Shown here: positions 27,099 through 36,939 of the stretch, piece by piece | Layout: the number at the start of each line of letters is the position of its first letter | Numbering within the stretch: position 1 is the stretch's first letter | Assembly: GCA_964460265.1 (NCBI GenBank) | Contig: CAYWPV010000001.1 | Coordinates: 1-41,852, forward strand | Length of the DNA: 41,852 nt | Direction of reading: 5' to 3' | DNA from: an uncultured Muribaculaceae bacterium | GTDB taxonomy: Bacteria > Bacteroidota > Bacteroidia > Bacteroidales > UBA932 | Program-made: the position numbers and the translations under genes | Notes under the pieces: generated by a model | The model's input: only the letters and a program-made list of their open reading frames with translations | Database searches by the model: none | What the model was told of the DNA's origin: nothing

Positions 27099-28127
27099 TT
27101 ATTTGTTTATCCTTTCGGTGGATCCTCCAAGCCTGATGGATGGCTTAAGGACAATCTTGGTAGGAGCCTCACCGTTGATCATGCTTGTGAGGAGTTCCAC
27201 GGACCTGACGCCCAGCTCTCTGAGAGGCTGAACTATGTGGGATACCGTAGTGGTGTAGAGACTGTAGATGTCGCTTTCGTCAAAACCTACTATGGCAAGA
27301 TCCTGCGGAACTTTCAGACCGAGCTTCTTTATGGCAAGCAAAACCTGCTCGGAAAGCGAATAGGAGGGAAGGAACAGGCCGTCCACTCCACGGGAAACCG
27401 CGTCCTTGACTATCTTCTCCACGTCTTCGTATGCAGTGGCATAAGTCGTGTAATGTACCTTGACGCTGTCGTAAAGGTCATTGTCCATCATTGCTTTGCG
27501 ATAACCGTTCTCTCTCTCGGAGAAGCTGGAAATGCCCAAGGTGTAGGATATCATCTCCACCTTCCTGTAGCCGTTGTCGATCATGGTCTGGGTAGCCATC
27601 TGACCGGCCGCAATGTCGTCGAGAAGCACTTTCCCTACGAAGTCCATTTTTTCTATATCTCTGTCAAGCAGAACGATAGGCACCTTGGCGTCTATCGCAT
27701 GAGAGAGAGAGGATTCACCGTTGGTACAGGGAGCGACGATGATGCCGTCCACATTGTGGGCCAGAACTGCGTCCACGACGCTTGCCAGGCGTTCGGGACT
27801 TTCCTCCGAACTTGCGAAAAACACGGTGTATCCGGCCTTTCCGGCTTCTTCTTCAATGCAGCGAGAGATGCCTGCAAAGAATTTGTTGGAAATGTCGTTG
27901 GGAATGACGGCGATGGTGTTGGAACGTCCGCTTCTGAGGGATGCGGCGGCGTAGTTGCGCCTGTAGCCGAGCCTGCTCGCGACTTCCAGCACTCTCTGGG
28001 CCGTGTTGTGGTTTACAGGACAGTCCAGACGTCCGTCGGGCCCGCGTCTTGCGTTCATGACGAATGACACCAGCGTAACGGAAACTCCCGCCTCCCTGGC
28101 GACCTCTCTGATTGTGATTCTTTTCAT
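27099..28127 (-). CDS. LacI family transcriptional regulator
   Basis: TIREVAREAGVSVTLVSFVMN HTH, AASLRSG hinge, periplasmic-binding-fold domain (VPQDLAIVGFD). Confidence 0.92.
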   Translation of the reverse strand: MKRITIREVAREAGVSVTLVSFVMNARRGPDGRLDCPVNHNTAQRVLEVASRLGYRRNYAAASLRSGRSNTIAVIPNDISNKFFAGISRCIEEEAGKAGYTVFFASSEESPERLASVVDAVLAHNVDGIIVAPCTNGESSLSHAIDAKVPIVLLDRDIEKMDFVGKVLLDDIAAGQMATQTMIDNGYRKVEMISYTLGISSFSERENGYRKAMMDNDLYDSVKVHYTTYATAYEDVEKIVKDAVSRGVDGLFLPSYSLSEQVLLAIKKLGLKVPQDLAIVGFDESDIYSLYTTTVSHIVQPLRELGVRSVELLTSMINGEAPTKIVLKPSIRLGGSTERINK

Positions 28128-28156
28128 AATTTATGTTCTTGTTGATTGTTTCAGGA

Positions 28157-29167
28157 TCAATATCTCGGCAGAAAGCCTTTGTCCATCAGCACTTCCGCTA
28201 TCTGCACGGCATTGGTGGCCGCACCTTTGCGGATGTTGTCGGAGACGCACCAGAAGTTGATGCCGTACTTCACGGTAAGGTCCCTCCTCAGACGGCCTAC
28301 GAACACATCGTCATGGCCGAGGGAGTTGATGGGCATGGGATATACATTATCGGCGGGGTCGTCCTGGACAGTGACGCCGGGAGCGCTGTCCCAAATAAGG
28401 CGTATGGAATCCAAGGATTCGAAATCGTGTTCGAACTCAAGATTCACGGACTCGGAATGACCTCCCAGAACAGGTACGCGAGCACATGTAGGACTCACGC
28501 CTATGCTGTTGTCCCTAAGGATTTTGTGGGTTTCGTTCACCATTTTCTCCTCCTCTTTGGTGTATCCGTTCTCAAGAAACACATCGATATGGGGGATGAC
28601 ATTTTCGTCTATGGGATGAGGGAACTTCGCCTTGTATTCTCCCCATTTTTTGCCGCTTCTCTCCTGTTCCATCTGATAGACAGCCTTGCTGCCGGCACCG
28701 GTGACCGACTGATATGTGGAAACGACTATCCTCTTCACGCCATATTTGCGGTGCAGCGGTGCGACCGGGAGAAGCATCTGTATGGTGGAACAGTTAGGGT
28801 TCGCGATTATGTAATCGTCCGCCGAAAGCACATCGGCATTGACCTCGGGAACAACAAGTTTCTTGGTCGGATCCATCCTCCAGCAAGAGGAATTGTCCAC
28901 CACACGGCATCCGACAGCCGCAAATCCGGGAGCAAGTTCCCTGGAGACCGAAGCGCCGGCAGAAAAGAGGGCAAGGTCTGGTTTGGCCGCAATCGCGTCA
29001 GCCGCACTTATCACGGTGTATTCCTTGCCGTTGAACACAATCTTTTTACCGACGGATCTTTCCGATGCGACGGGATAAAACTCAGTAACCGGGAAATTCC
29101 TTTCTGCAAGGACTTCCATCATCCTTGTGCCGACCAATCCCGTCACTCCAACTACTGCAACTTTCAT
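28157..29167 (-). CDS. asd: Aspartate-semialdehyde dehydrogenase
   Basis: GVTGLVG, DNSS, ANPNCSTIQ, STYQSVTGAG, GHSESV, DNIRKGAATNAVQIAE. Confidence 0.97.
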   Translation of the reverse strand: MKVAVVGVTGLVGTRMMEVLAERNFPVTEFYPVASERSVGKKIVFNGKEYTVISAADAIAAKPDLALFSAGASVSRELAPGFAAVGCRVVDNSSCWRMDPTKKLVVPEVNADVLSADDYIIANPNCSTIQMLLPVAPLHRKYGVKRIVVSTYQSVTGAGSKAVYQMEQERSGKKWGEYKAKFPHPIDENVIPHIDVFLENGYTKEEEKMVNETHKILRDNSIGVSPTCARVPVLGGHSESVNLEFEHDFESLDSIRLIWDSAPGVTVQDDPADNVYPMPINSLGHDDVFVGRLRRDLTVKYGINFWCVSDNIRKGAATNAVQIAEVLMDKGFLPRY

Positions 29168-29189
29168 TTTTTTCTCCTGTTTTTATTCT

Positions 29190-31646
29190 CTACATCAAAA
29201 TATCATTCAAAACTCCGCTCGCGGTCTGATATGCTCCCGCACCTGCCCCCTGGACTACAAGAGGGGAAGGATAAAACTCCGTGGTGATGATTGCGGAATT
29301 GTTGGTGCCGCTCAGACTGTACAGAGGGTGATCGGGGCCGACGGCTTTCAATCCCATGGATGCCCTGTACCCGTCACCGGTCCGGACGAGAGAGGCTATG
29401 AATCTCTGCCTCAACCCTTTGGACTCAGCCTCCTTGTACGCTGCGGCAAAAGTGTCTTCTGCAGCGGCAAGTTTGTCGAAGAACTCCGCCACTTTGCCCT
29501 TGAAGAATTCGCGACCGAGGATGGGAGTTATGTCCACATCGGCCTCGTCAATGGGTGCCCCGGCCTCGCGGCTTATTATAAGAAGTTTGCGCAACACGTC
29601 CCTTCCGCTCAGATCGAGTCTCGGATCGGGTTCGGAATATCCGGCGTCTTTGGCGTACCTCACTATGTCACAGAAGGTCTTCCCGTCCTCTCCTCCTTTG
29701 TATGTGGAGAATATGTAGTTCAACGTGCCGGAAAGGACAGCCTCGATTTTGGAAATCCTGTCTCCGGAATTGACGCTGCGCGATATGGATTCAAGGATGG
29801 GCAGGGCAGCTCCTACGGTGGTTTCATATTTCAGGGACACTCCGTTGGCCACAGCCGCCGTCTTCAGAGCCTTGTACTGGCTGTACGGTGCGGCGAAGGT
29901 AATCTTGTTGCTGGCAACCACGGAATATCCGTTCTCGAAAAGGTTGAGGTATTTGTAGGAAATGTCCGAACTTGCGGTGCAGTCCACGAATATGGAATTC
30001 TGCAGAGAGGTTTCCGCCAGTTCCTCGAAGAAAGCCTCGTCCGCCGCGGATTTGCCGGATGCCAGCTGGGCGTCTATGTCCTTGAGTTTAAGGCCCTCCT
30101 TGTCGAAGATATATCTGCGGCTGTTGGAAAGGCCGGCCACATGCAGTCTTTTTCCGGTCCGCTCGGCGATTGAGTCCCTGTTCTTGGAAAGAATGTCCAG
30201 GAAAGCCTGCCCCACAGTTCCGTAACCGGCTATGAACAGATTGATGTCCTTGTAGCTCGATTTCTCGAAAAATTCGCTGTGGATATACTTGATTGCGGGC
30301 TTCACCTCATCGGAAGAAACGATTACCGAGATATTCCTTTCGGAAGAGCCCTGCGCCACGGCACGGACCGCGATGCTTCTCTTTCCGAGAGCCGCCATCA
30401 TGCGTCCGGTAGTGCCTTCGTGGCCGAGCATGTCGTTCCCGACCAGACATACTATGGAATATCCGGTCTCGACTTTCAGAGGGTTCAGCTTGCCCAGGGA
30501 AATCTCGTACGCGAAACACCTGTCCGCAGCCTCCTTGGCCTTGGCGGCGTCTTTTTCGGACACGGCCACGCACATGGTATTCACCGAGGAAGCCTGCGTG
30601 ATGAGGATGATGCTTACGTCATGTTCGCTCAAAGTCTGGAAAAGACGGTAGGAGAAGCCCGGGACGCCTACCATTCCGCTGCCTTCAAGGGAAAGCAGGG
30701 CTATGTTGTCGGAATTCGAAATGCCTATGATGTTGTTCCTGCTCCGGGGAGGGTTCTGCTCGATGACCGTGCCTTCGCCTTCCGGATCGAAAGTACATTT
30801 CACATAGATGGGTATGCGCTCATTCACCACAGGCTGTATCGTCGGAGGGTAGATGACCTTCGCCCCGAAGTGCGAGAGTTCCAGTGCAGCCCTGTAGGAT
30901 ATGTGCTTTATCAGGGCGGCGGAAGGGACTACCTTGGGGTCGGCCGTCATCATGCCCGTCACATCTTTCCATGTCTCCAGAGCCCGCGCCTTGCTGCCTA
31001 CCGCATAAAGGGAAGCGGAGTAGTCGGAGCCGCCCCTTCCGAGCGTGATCATCCTGCCTTTCCCGTCGGAGGCTATGAAGCCCGGGGCGACAAAAAGAGT
31101 CTTTATGGGATTGGATTCTATCATATCCTCGACGTTGGCATACGTCGTCTGGAAATCGACGACCTCCTTGCCGTTGTCTGAACGTGTACGTATGATGTTC
31201 CGGCTGTCCACCCATTTGGTGGATATTCCTATGGACGCCATCTTGGTGGCGAGTATCCTGCTGGAGATGAGTTCTCCGCAGCCCTGTATCGCATCCAGGC
31301 TCGTCTTGCTCAGCTCCCCGAGAAGGAATACTCCGTGGGCGATGCTGGAAAGGTAGCCGAAGGTCTCGTCGCAGGCCTCCAGGGATTCCTCATGCTTCTC
31401 GATGGGAAGGAGGGTTTCTATGATCCTATGGTGCCTGTCTTTGAATTCTTCAAGAATATCCTTGTATGATTCGTCTTTTTCCGAAGCGAGCCGTCCGATT
31501 CTGATCAATGCGTCAGTAAAGCCGGAGATGGCCGAAACTACAGCTATGGTCTTGTCTCTTTTGACCGCTGAAGCTATGATATCGGCGCACTTGGCCATGT
31601 TTGCGGCATCTGCCACAGATGTCCCGCCGAATTTGAGTACCTGCAT
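29190..31646 (-). CDS. thrA: Bifunctional aspartate kinase / homoserine dehydrogenase
   Basis: KFGGTSV, TLGRGGSDYSA, two ACT domains, GYGTVG, ETTVGAALP, SGTLNY, EPDPRLDLSG, GAGAG. Confidence 0.95.
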   Translation of the reverse strand: MQVLKFGGTSVADAANMAKCADIIASAVKRDKTIAVVSAISGFTDALIRIGRLASEKDESYKDILEEFKDRHHRIIETLLPIEKHEESLEACDETFGYLSSIAHGVFLLGELSKTSLDAIQGCGELISSRILATKMASIGISTKWVDSRNIIRTRSDNGKEVVDFQTTYANVEDMIESNPIKTLFVAPGFIASDGKGRMITLGRGGSDYSASLYAVGSKARALETWKDVTGMMTADPKVVPSAALIKHISYRAALELSHFGAKVIYPPTIQPVVNERIPIYVKCTFDPEGEGTVIEQNPPRSRNNIIGISNSDNIALLSLEGSGMVGVPGFSYRLFQTLSEHDVSIILITQASSVNTMCVAVSEKDAAKAKEAADRCFAYEISLGKLNPLKVETGYSIVCLVGNDMLGHEGTTGRMMAALGKRSIAVRAVAQGSSERNISVIVSSDEVKPAIKYIHSEFFEKSSYKDINLFIAGYGTVGQAFLDILSKNRDSIAERTGKRLHVAGLSNSRRYIFDKEGLKLKDIDAQLASGKSAADEAFFEELAETSLQNSIFVDCTASSDISYKYLNLFENGYSVVASNKITFAAPYSQYKALKTAAVANGVSLKYETTVGAALPILESISRSVNSGDRISKIEAVLSGTLNYIFSTYKGGEDGKTFCDIVRYAKDAGYSEPDPRLDLSGRDVLRKLLIISREAGAPIDEADVDITPILGREFFKGKVAEFFDKLAAAEDTFAAAYKEAESKGLRQRFIASLVRTGDGYRASMGLKAVGPDHPLYSLSGTNNSAIITTEFYPSPLVVQGAGAGAYQTASGVLNDILM

Positions 31647-31675
31647 AAGTTATATTGTCTAAATTAGTTTCTGTT

Positions 31676-32698
31676 TCAAAGTCCGGCCAGCACGGGGGAG
31701 ATGATTTCCGTTATCTGATCATATTCAAGCAGGAAACCGTCGTGTCCGTAATGGGATGTTATCATGTGATAGTCGGATCTTTTTATCATGTCTGCCATGG
31801 CCTTCATCTCATAGGGAGGAAATATCACGTCCGTGTCTATGGAGATGACCGTGACCCGTCCGATGTCTATGCTGCCCAGCGCCTTTTCCAATCCGCCGCG
31901 TCCGCGTCCGGAATTGTGGCTGTCAAGCGCATAGGAAAGATACCAATATGAGTATGCATCGAACCTGTCGGCAAGCTTCTGTCCCTGATATCTCTGGTAC
32001 GAGGCGCACCGTTCCGCAAAGAGACAGTTCTCGTCCGCTTCAAACTGCTTTCTGTTATAGCCGTCCTCGCATCTGTAAGAGAGCAGCGCAATGGAGCGTG
32101 CGCATTTGAGGCCTGCCTTGCCGCCGTCCAGGTCACGGCATTCGCGGAAAGTCGAATCTGCCTCGAGCGCCATTCTCTGGGACTCCTCGAATCCGGAAAG
32201 CCATGGAGTTATACGTGCCAGCGTGGCGATGTAGGTCGCATTTTTCACCGCTCCGGGATACATTATGGAGTATTCTATGGCCTGGAAACCTCCGATGCTC
32301 GCCCCCACGAGCAGATCTATCTGCTCTATGCCGAGGTGACGGCGGACGAGCTCCAGCCCCCTGACGATGTCCCGCACAGTGATTTTGGGGAAATCGAAAA
32401 AGAAGGGACGGCCGGTATCCGGATTTACGGAGGAAGGACCGGTGGAGCCATAGCATGAGCCTATCATGTTGACACATACTACGAAATATTTGCGGGTGTC
32501 GATGAGCTTGCCTTCCCCCACCAGTTGCGGCCACCAGTCGGAGGGGTCGGAATTGGCAGTGAGTGCATGGCAGATCCATATCACTTTCTGTCCATGATAA
32601 CCTCCTTCAGAGCAATGGTAGACGAGATTCAGTCCTTTTATCTCTCCTCCCGCTTCAAGGGGGAACTCTCCGTCATATACAAAACTGCGCTTTTCCAT
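31676..32698 (-). CDS. metX: Homoserine O-acyltransferase (MetX family)
   Basis: ICHALTAN, GSCYGSTGP, GASIGG nucleophile elbow, GHDGFLLE. Confidence 0.93.
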   Translation of the reverse strand: MEKRSFVYDGEFPLEAGGEIKGLNLVYHCSEGGYHGQKVIWICHALTANSDPSDWWPQLVGEGKLIDTRKYFVVCVNMIGSCYGSTGPSSVNPDTGRPFFFDFPKITVRDIVRGLELVRRHLGIEQIDLLVGASIGGFQAIEYSIMYPGAVKNATYIATLARITPWLSGFEESQRMALEADSTFRECRDLDGGKAGLKCARSIALLSYRCEDGYNRKQFEADENCLFAERCASYQRYQGQKLADRFDAYSYWYLSYALDSHNSGRGRGGLEKALGSIDIGRVTVISIDTDVIFPPYEMKAMADMIKRSDYHMITSHYGHDGFLLEYDQITEIISPVLAGL

Positions 32699-32699
32699 T

Positions 32700-34382
32700 T
32701 TACCGTTTCTTTTTCCACAATGCCACGACCGTCTGGCCGGGATGCAGCTTGACCTTGCGGTTTTTTGCCTTTCCTGTCTTGAAGTTCACCTCATTCGCAT
32801 ATATGCATCGGCTAACCTTCATGTCCGTATTGAACACCACCTTGCGTCTGTGTTTCTTTGAACTCGTGACAATGGTGATGTATGCGTCCGGGGTCTCCAT
32901 AACCCTCATCGCTATGCCTGTGTAGCGCCTTCTGAAAACCAGGGGACAATCCCTGACCACCGGCGCAAGCTCCTTTCCGAACAGCTTCGAGATTTTGGCG
33001 TGATGTCCTGCCTTCAAAGCCCCCATGCCTATGACGGAAGGAATCCACAGCACCGTCCCCCTGCCGTATTTGTTCCTGAGCATCCTCACCGATTCGCCGG
33101 AGGCGTCATTGCGCATGATTCCGTTAAAAAGGTGGACCCACATTCTCTTCCTGCCTATTCTGAGCTTGTAGCAGCCCGGACGGCAGTTGTACTCTTCCAC
33201 ATAGCCTCCGAACACGTCCTTCAGAGGGAAGTCCGAACTGAAAACCGAATTGAGGTTTTCATCGTAACAGAAGCTCAATCCTTCTATGATTACCTTACCT
33301 CCGCTCTTGACGAATCGGCGTATGGCATCATAATACCTGACCGGGACTGAAAGCTGCCCCGCGAAAACCACGCATCTGCCCTTTCCGCTTTCATCCCATG
33401 GATATTCGGAAATCTCCCTGAAATCCGCCTGGATTCCCCTCTCCATGAGCACCTGACAGACAGACAAGGCATCTTTCATGGCACCGCCGCAGTGCCGTAC
33501 CTCATACTCGTCCTGAGGAAGGTCGTCGCGGCGCAGAACGGATTCGGCTCTGGCAGTGTCCAAGGTATATATCATGGTCACCGGGGAAATGGCCGGGACC
33601 GCATCGTCAAACAAAGTTTCGTTGTCTTTCAGACAGGTGGCGATCTCCTTAACGGCAAGCGAGCGTTCCGTCATGTCTCCCTGCATGTTCAGCAAAGACA
33701 TTTCCCCAGCCCCCATGCCGTCCTTCTTGGAGTTCACCGACTGCATGAACACTCCCTTTGCACCGCTCGCCACGGCAGTCCACACCCACTGCGCCATCTC
33801 TTCCGGTGCGGGACTGAAACTCCTGCGGCCCACGTAAAGATTGCTTCCGCCCTGTATGCCCGTGACCCAGAAAGAATCTTTCCCGGAGGCGGAACGGGTC
33901 ATGTCGCACATGGCGGACACGGCGGTCTCTACGCTGCGGTGGTGATAATCCGACAAATCTATCCCCGGAAGGATGGACAGGCCGTTTTCTATCACTTCAT
34001 GTGCGGAATCAAGCATCCTTACAAAGGAAGCATCGGCTCCGGGGACGCATTTTTCCGATTCCCCGTGGATTACCTCAAGCGCACGGGAAGAGGCAGACGA
34101 AGAGACATCCCATGCGAGAAGACCTTCTTCCGTCCTGTAGCGGAGGACGACCTTTTCACAGAAAAGCTTGTCCTCCGGCAAGGTCACGACTACCTTCATG
34201 GCGGAGCATGACGCAGCACGGAATACTTCATCGCAGCAGGAGAGGACTTCCTCGCCGTAGGAGCTGTCAACGGCGATCCTGCACACGTTCATTCCGCAGG
34301 AACGCATGGTCCTGAAGGCGCGGTCTATCTGTTCCGCCGTCTGTCCGGGATCTATGTTGAGCAACGCTCCAATCCAAATCAT
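32700..34382 (-). CDS. GH42 beta-galactosidase-like protein, apparently catalytically inactive (560 aa)
   Basis: Start reset to MIWIGA at 34382 because the longer ORF overlaps agcS. GA...DPGQT.E.ID..F......GM.VCRI, WVTGIQGG, EEMAQWVW...GAKG, and a trimerization domain (FVKSGGKVIIEG, NKYGRGTVLWIPS). Confidence 0.72.
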   Translation of the reverse strand: MIWIGALLNIDPGQTAEQIDRAFRTMRSCGMNVCRIAVDSSYGEEVLSCCDEVFRAASCSAMKVVVTLPEDKLFCEKVVLRYRTEEGLLAWDVSSSASSRALEVIHGESEKCVPGADASFVRMLDSAHEVIENGLSILPGIDLSDYHHRSVETAVSAMCDMTRSASGKDSFWVTGIQGGSNLYVGRRSFSPAPEEMAQWVWTAVASGAKGVFMQSVNSKKDGMGAGEMSLLNMQGDMTERSLAVKEIATCLKDNETLFDDAVPAISPVTMIYTLDTARAESVLRRDDLPQDEYEVRHCGGAMKDALSVCQVLMERGIQADFREISEYPWDESGKGRCVVFAGQLSVPVRYYDAIRRFVKSGGKVIIEGLSFCYDENLNSVFSSDFPLKDVFGGYVEEYNCRPGCYKLRIGRKRMWVHLFNGIMRNDASGESVRMLRNKYGRGTVLWIPSVIGMGALKAGHHAKISKLFGKELAPVVRDCPLVFRRRYTGIAMRVMETPDAYITIVTSSKKHRRKVVFNTDMKVSRCIYANEVNFKTGKAKNRKVKLHPGQTVVALWKKKR

Positions 34383-34386
34383 CGGG

Positions 34387-34477
34387 AATCCTCTTAAAAG
34401 GTCTGAATCCGTTATGGCTGTCAGATATACGCCAACGGATACGACCCTATCTAAAACGCTAATATAGTAAGAGGATT
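34387..34477 (-). promoter_or_regulatory. Nested inverted-repeat leader with a -7-like element
   Basis: 10-bp IR AATCCTCTTA (34387-96) / TAAGAGGATT (34468-77) encloses inner stems GGTC/GACC, ATCCGTT/AACGGAT and GGC/GCC, plus TATATTAG (minus strand, 34459-66). Confidence 0.55.
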
Positions 34478-34516
34478 TTACATTTTTATGTTTAAACCTA
34501 AAAAATTTAGATATTT

Positions 34517-35911
34517 TTACTCCCAGCAGTCCAGTTTCAGATCCGGGAACATGGAACGATGAAAGACAGGATCTTTCACGCCCGCCCTCTTCTGCCGGCA
34601 ATAATCATCCAACAGCCGGAAGGCATAGCGGCACAGCAGAGAAATGGCAAAAAGGTTGCACGCCGTCAGCAATGCCATGAACAGATCACCGATGCTCCAG
34701 ACAAGATCAAGGCTTGCGAACGCTCCGAGGACCACCACGACACCGCCTGACAAGACACGGTAAATCGAAAGCACATATTTCTTTTTGGTCAGGAAGCGTA
34801 TGTTCACTTCTCCGTAGAAGTAGTTGCCGATTATGCTGCTGTATGCAAAAAGGAATATGGCCAGAGCCACGAAATACTTCCCGAAAGGTCCTATCTCTGA
34901 TTCCAGAGACGCCTGGGTGAGAGCGATTCCGTTCAGCCCGGAAGACGCAGCATCCACACTGCCGAAAAGGATTATGAACGCCGTGCAGCTGCACACGAGA
35001 AGGGTGTCGGTAAACACACCCAACGCCTGTATAAGACCCTGCTTTACAGGGTGGCTGGTGCTCGCGGTAGCTGCGACATTAGGGGCCGAACCTTCGCCGG
35101 CTTCATTGGAGAACAGTCCGCGTTTGACCCCGTTCATTATGGTGGCGCCTATGCCTCCCCCGGCTATCTGCCTGATTCCGAAAGCATTCTCGAATATCAG
35201 AGCAAGAACTTTCGGAAAAAGCTCTATTCTGCTTATTATCACATACATGGCAAGCACGAGATAGCCTATCGCCATTATGGGGACTATCACGCTGCTGACT
35301 TTTGCGATTCTCTGTATGCCCCCGAACACGACGGCGAGGGAGATGACGGCCAGGATGAAGCCCACAATCCGGGGATCGAAACCGAATGCCACATTGAACG
35401 CATCGCAGACGGTATTGCTTTGTATGGAGTTGTAGGAGAGACCGAAAGTGAGAGAGATGAGAATCGCGAAAAGCGACGACAGCCAGGGCATCCGCAGTCC
35501 TTTAAGAATATAGTATGCCGGGCCTCCTATGAAAGAGTCCTTGGACTTCTTCTTGAAAAGCTGGGCAAGCGTGGACTCGACGAACGCCGTGGAGGAATCC
35601 AGCAACGCGACCACCCACATCCAGAACACGGCTCCGGGGCCGCCTACCGCTATGGCAGTAGCCACCCCGGCAAGATTTCCGGTACCCACCCTGGTCGCGA
35701 CCGATACGGCGAATGACTGGAAAGATGACACATGTTTTCCTCCCTTGTCATGTTTGGACGCAGAATCTCCCAAAAGGCGGAACATCTCCCCGATCATTCT
35801 GAACTGGACGCCCCGGGTCTTTATCGTAAACCACAGCGCAGTGCCCAAAAGCGCCGCTATCAGCACATATGCCCACAAGGCGTCGCTGACTTTTGAAACA
35901 AATTCCGTCAT
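34517..35911 (-). CDS. Alanine/glycine:cation symporter (AGCS family)
   Basis: RVGTGNLAGVA, GGPGAVFWMW, GGPAYY, RGLFSNEAGEGSAP, HPVKQG. Confidence 0.93.
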   Translation of the reverse strand: MTEFVSKVSDALWAYVLIAALLGTALWFTIKTRGVQFRMIGEMFRLLGDSASKHDKGGKHVSSFQSFAVSVATRVGTGNLAGVATAIAVGGPGAVFWMWVVALLDSSTAFVESTLAQLFKKKSKDSFIGGPAYYILKGLRMPWLSSLFAILISLTFGLSYNSIQSNTVCDAFNVAFGFDPRIVGFILAVISLAVVFGGIQRIAKVSSVIVPIMAIGYLVLAMYVIISRIELFPKVLALIFENAFGIRQIAGGGIGATIMNGVKRGLFSNEAGEGSAPNVAATASTSHPVKQGLIQALGVFTDTLLVCSCTAFIILFGSVDAASSGLNGIALTQASLESEIGPFGKYFVALAIFLFAYSSIIGNYFYGEVNIRFLTKKKYVLSIYRVLSGGVVVVLGAFASLDLVWSIGDLFMALLTACNLFAISLLCRYAFRLLDDYCRQKRAGVKDPVFHRSMFPDLKLDCWE

Positions 35912-36150
35912 GATTTCTACGTATGTTCCTGTTTTTTCATAAATTTATAACATGTTTTTGATTTTCCTCCCCATTAAATGAAACTTCTGATTCTTGCTTC
36001 CCTTCCGCTGTGCAACGAAGCTGCTCCTGTAACCGTATCATTGTCACGGGATGGTGCTCCGGCCTGCAAACTTTTCCGACCGGATCGACTCCGGCATTTG
36101 CAGGTATGTGCCGTTTTTTGTTTAGATTCGCGGACAAATTGCAAATGGTC

Positions 36151-36933
36151 ATGATTACAGACAGCATAAGCGACATAGTGAGGCAAGCTTCCTCCCTGAT
36201 GGAGGTTAATGACTTCAAAATAGAGGAGAAGGATGGCGTAACCAACATCGTAACTTCCTCGGACATAGCCGTTCAGGATTTTCTGGTTGAGAATCTCGGG
36301 AAACTTGTCCCCGGGTCAGGCTTCATCTGTGAAGAAGAAGACCTGCGGGATTCCAGCGAAGAATATGTCTGGATAATCGACCCCATAGACGGTACTCAGA
36401 ATTACTCCAGAGGTATCCCCGACTGCTGCATTTCCGTAGCCCTCGCCAGAAACATGGAACTCATAGCCGGAGTCGTGTATTCTCCCGGCAGAGGGGAACT
36501 TTTCCGCGCCGAAAAAGGCGGAGGAGCATTCCGCAACGGCAAACCCATACATGTGTCCGGCAGAGATTTCTCCAACAGCCTTCTATACACGGCCGCGAGC
36601 ACATACAGGAAGGAATGGGCGGGATATTGCTTCGACATCATCCGGGACATATACATGGAATGCAACGACCTGCGAAGAAACGGCTCGGCAGCCATAGAGC
36701 TATGTCTGCTCGCGTGCGGCTATGCCGAACTATACTTTGAGATGCGTCTCCAGCCCTGGGACTATGCGGCGGCCAGCCTCATTCTGCAGGAGGCGGGAGG
36801 ATTTGTCGCAACCTTTGACGGTGGCCGGCCCTCGCTCGTGAAAGGCTCAATGGTCGTGGCGGCAAACAAAAAATCTTCTCTGGACCGCTGTCTGGAGAAG
36901 ATTCATAAACATCTGGACAAATTGCCTTACTGA
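36151..36933 (+). CDS. suhB: Inositol monophosphatase family protein (SuhB-like)
   Basis: VTSSD, CEE, WIIDPIDGTQNY, GSAA, PWDYAAA; start is the ATG at 36151 (or 36145). Confidence 0.85.
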   Translation: MITDSISDIVRQASSLMEVNDFKIEEKDGVTNIVTSSDIAVQDFLVENLGKLVPGSGFICEEEDLRDSSEEYVWIIDPIDGTQNYSRGIPDCCISVALARNMELIAGVVYSPGRGELFRAEKGGGAFRNGKPIHVSGRDFSNSLLYTAASTYRKEWAGYCFDIIRDIYMECNDLRRNGSAAIELCLLACGYAELYFEMRLQPWDYAAASLILQEAGGFVATFDGGRPSLVKGSMVVAANKKSSLDRCLEKIHKHLDKLPY

Positions 36934-36939
36934 CTCCCT

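Noticed and set aside
34383-34516. Canonical SAM-I, SAM-II or lysine riboswitch upstream of metX-thrA
   Set aside because: Consensus cores are not visible by eye; the region is retained only as an unassigned structured leader.
35912-36144. Possible glycine riboswitch upstream of the alanine/glycine symporter
   Set aside because: No GGAGA...CCGAAG...CUCUCAGG core on the minus strand; the CCTGCAAA/TTTGCAGG repeat is better explained by divergent promoter-like elements.
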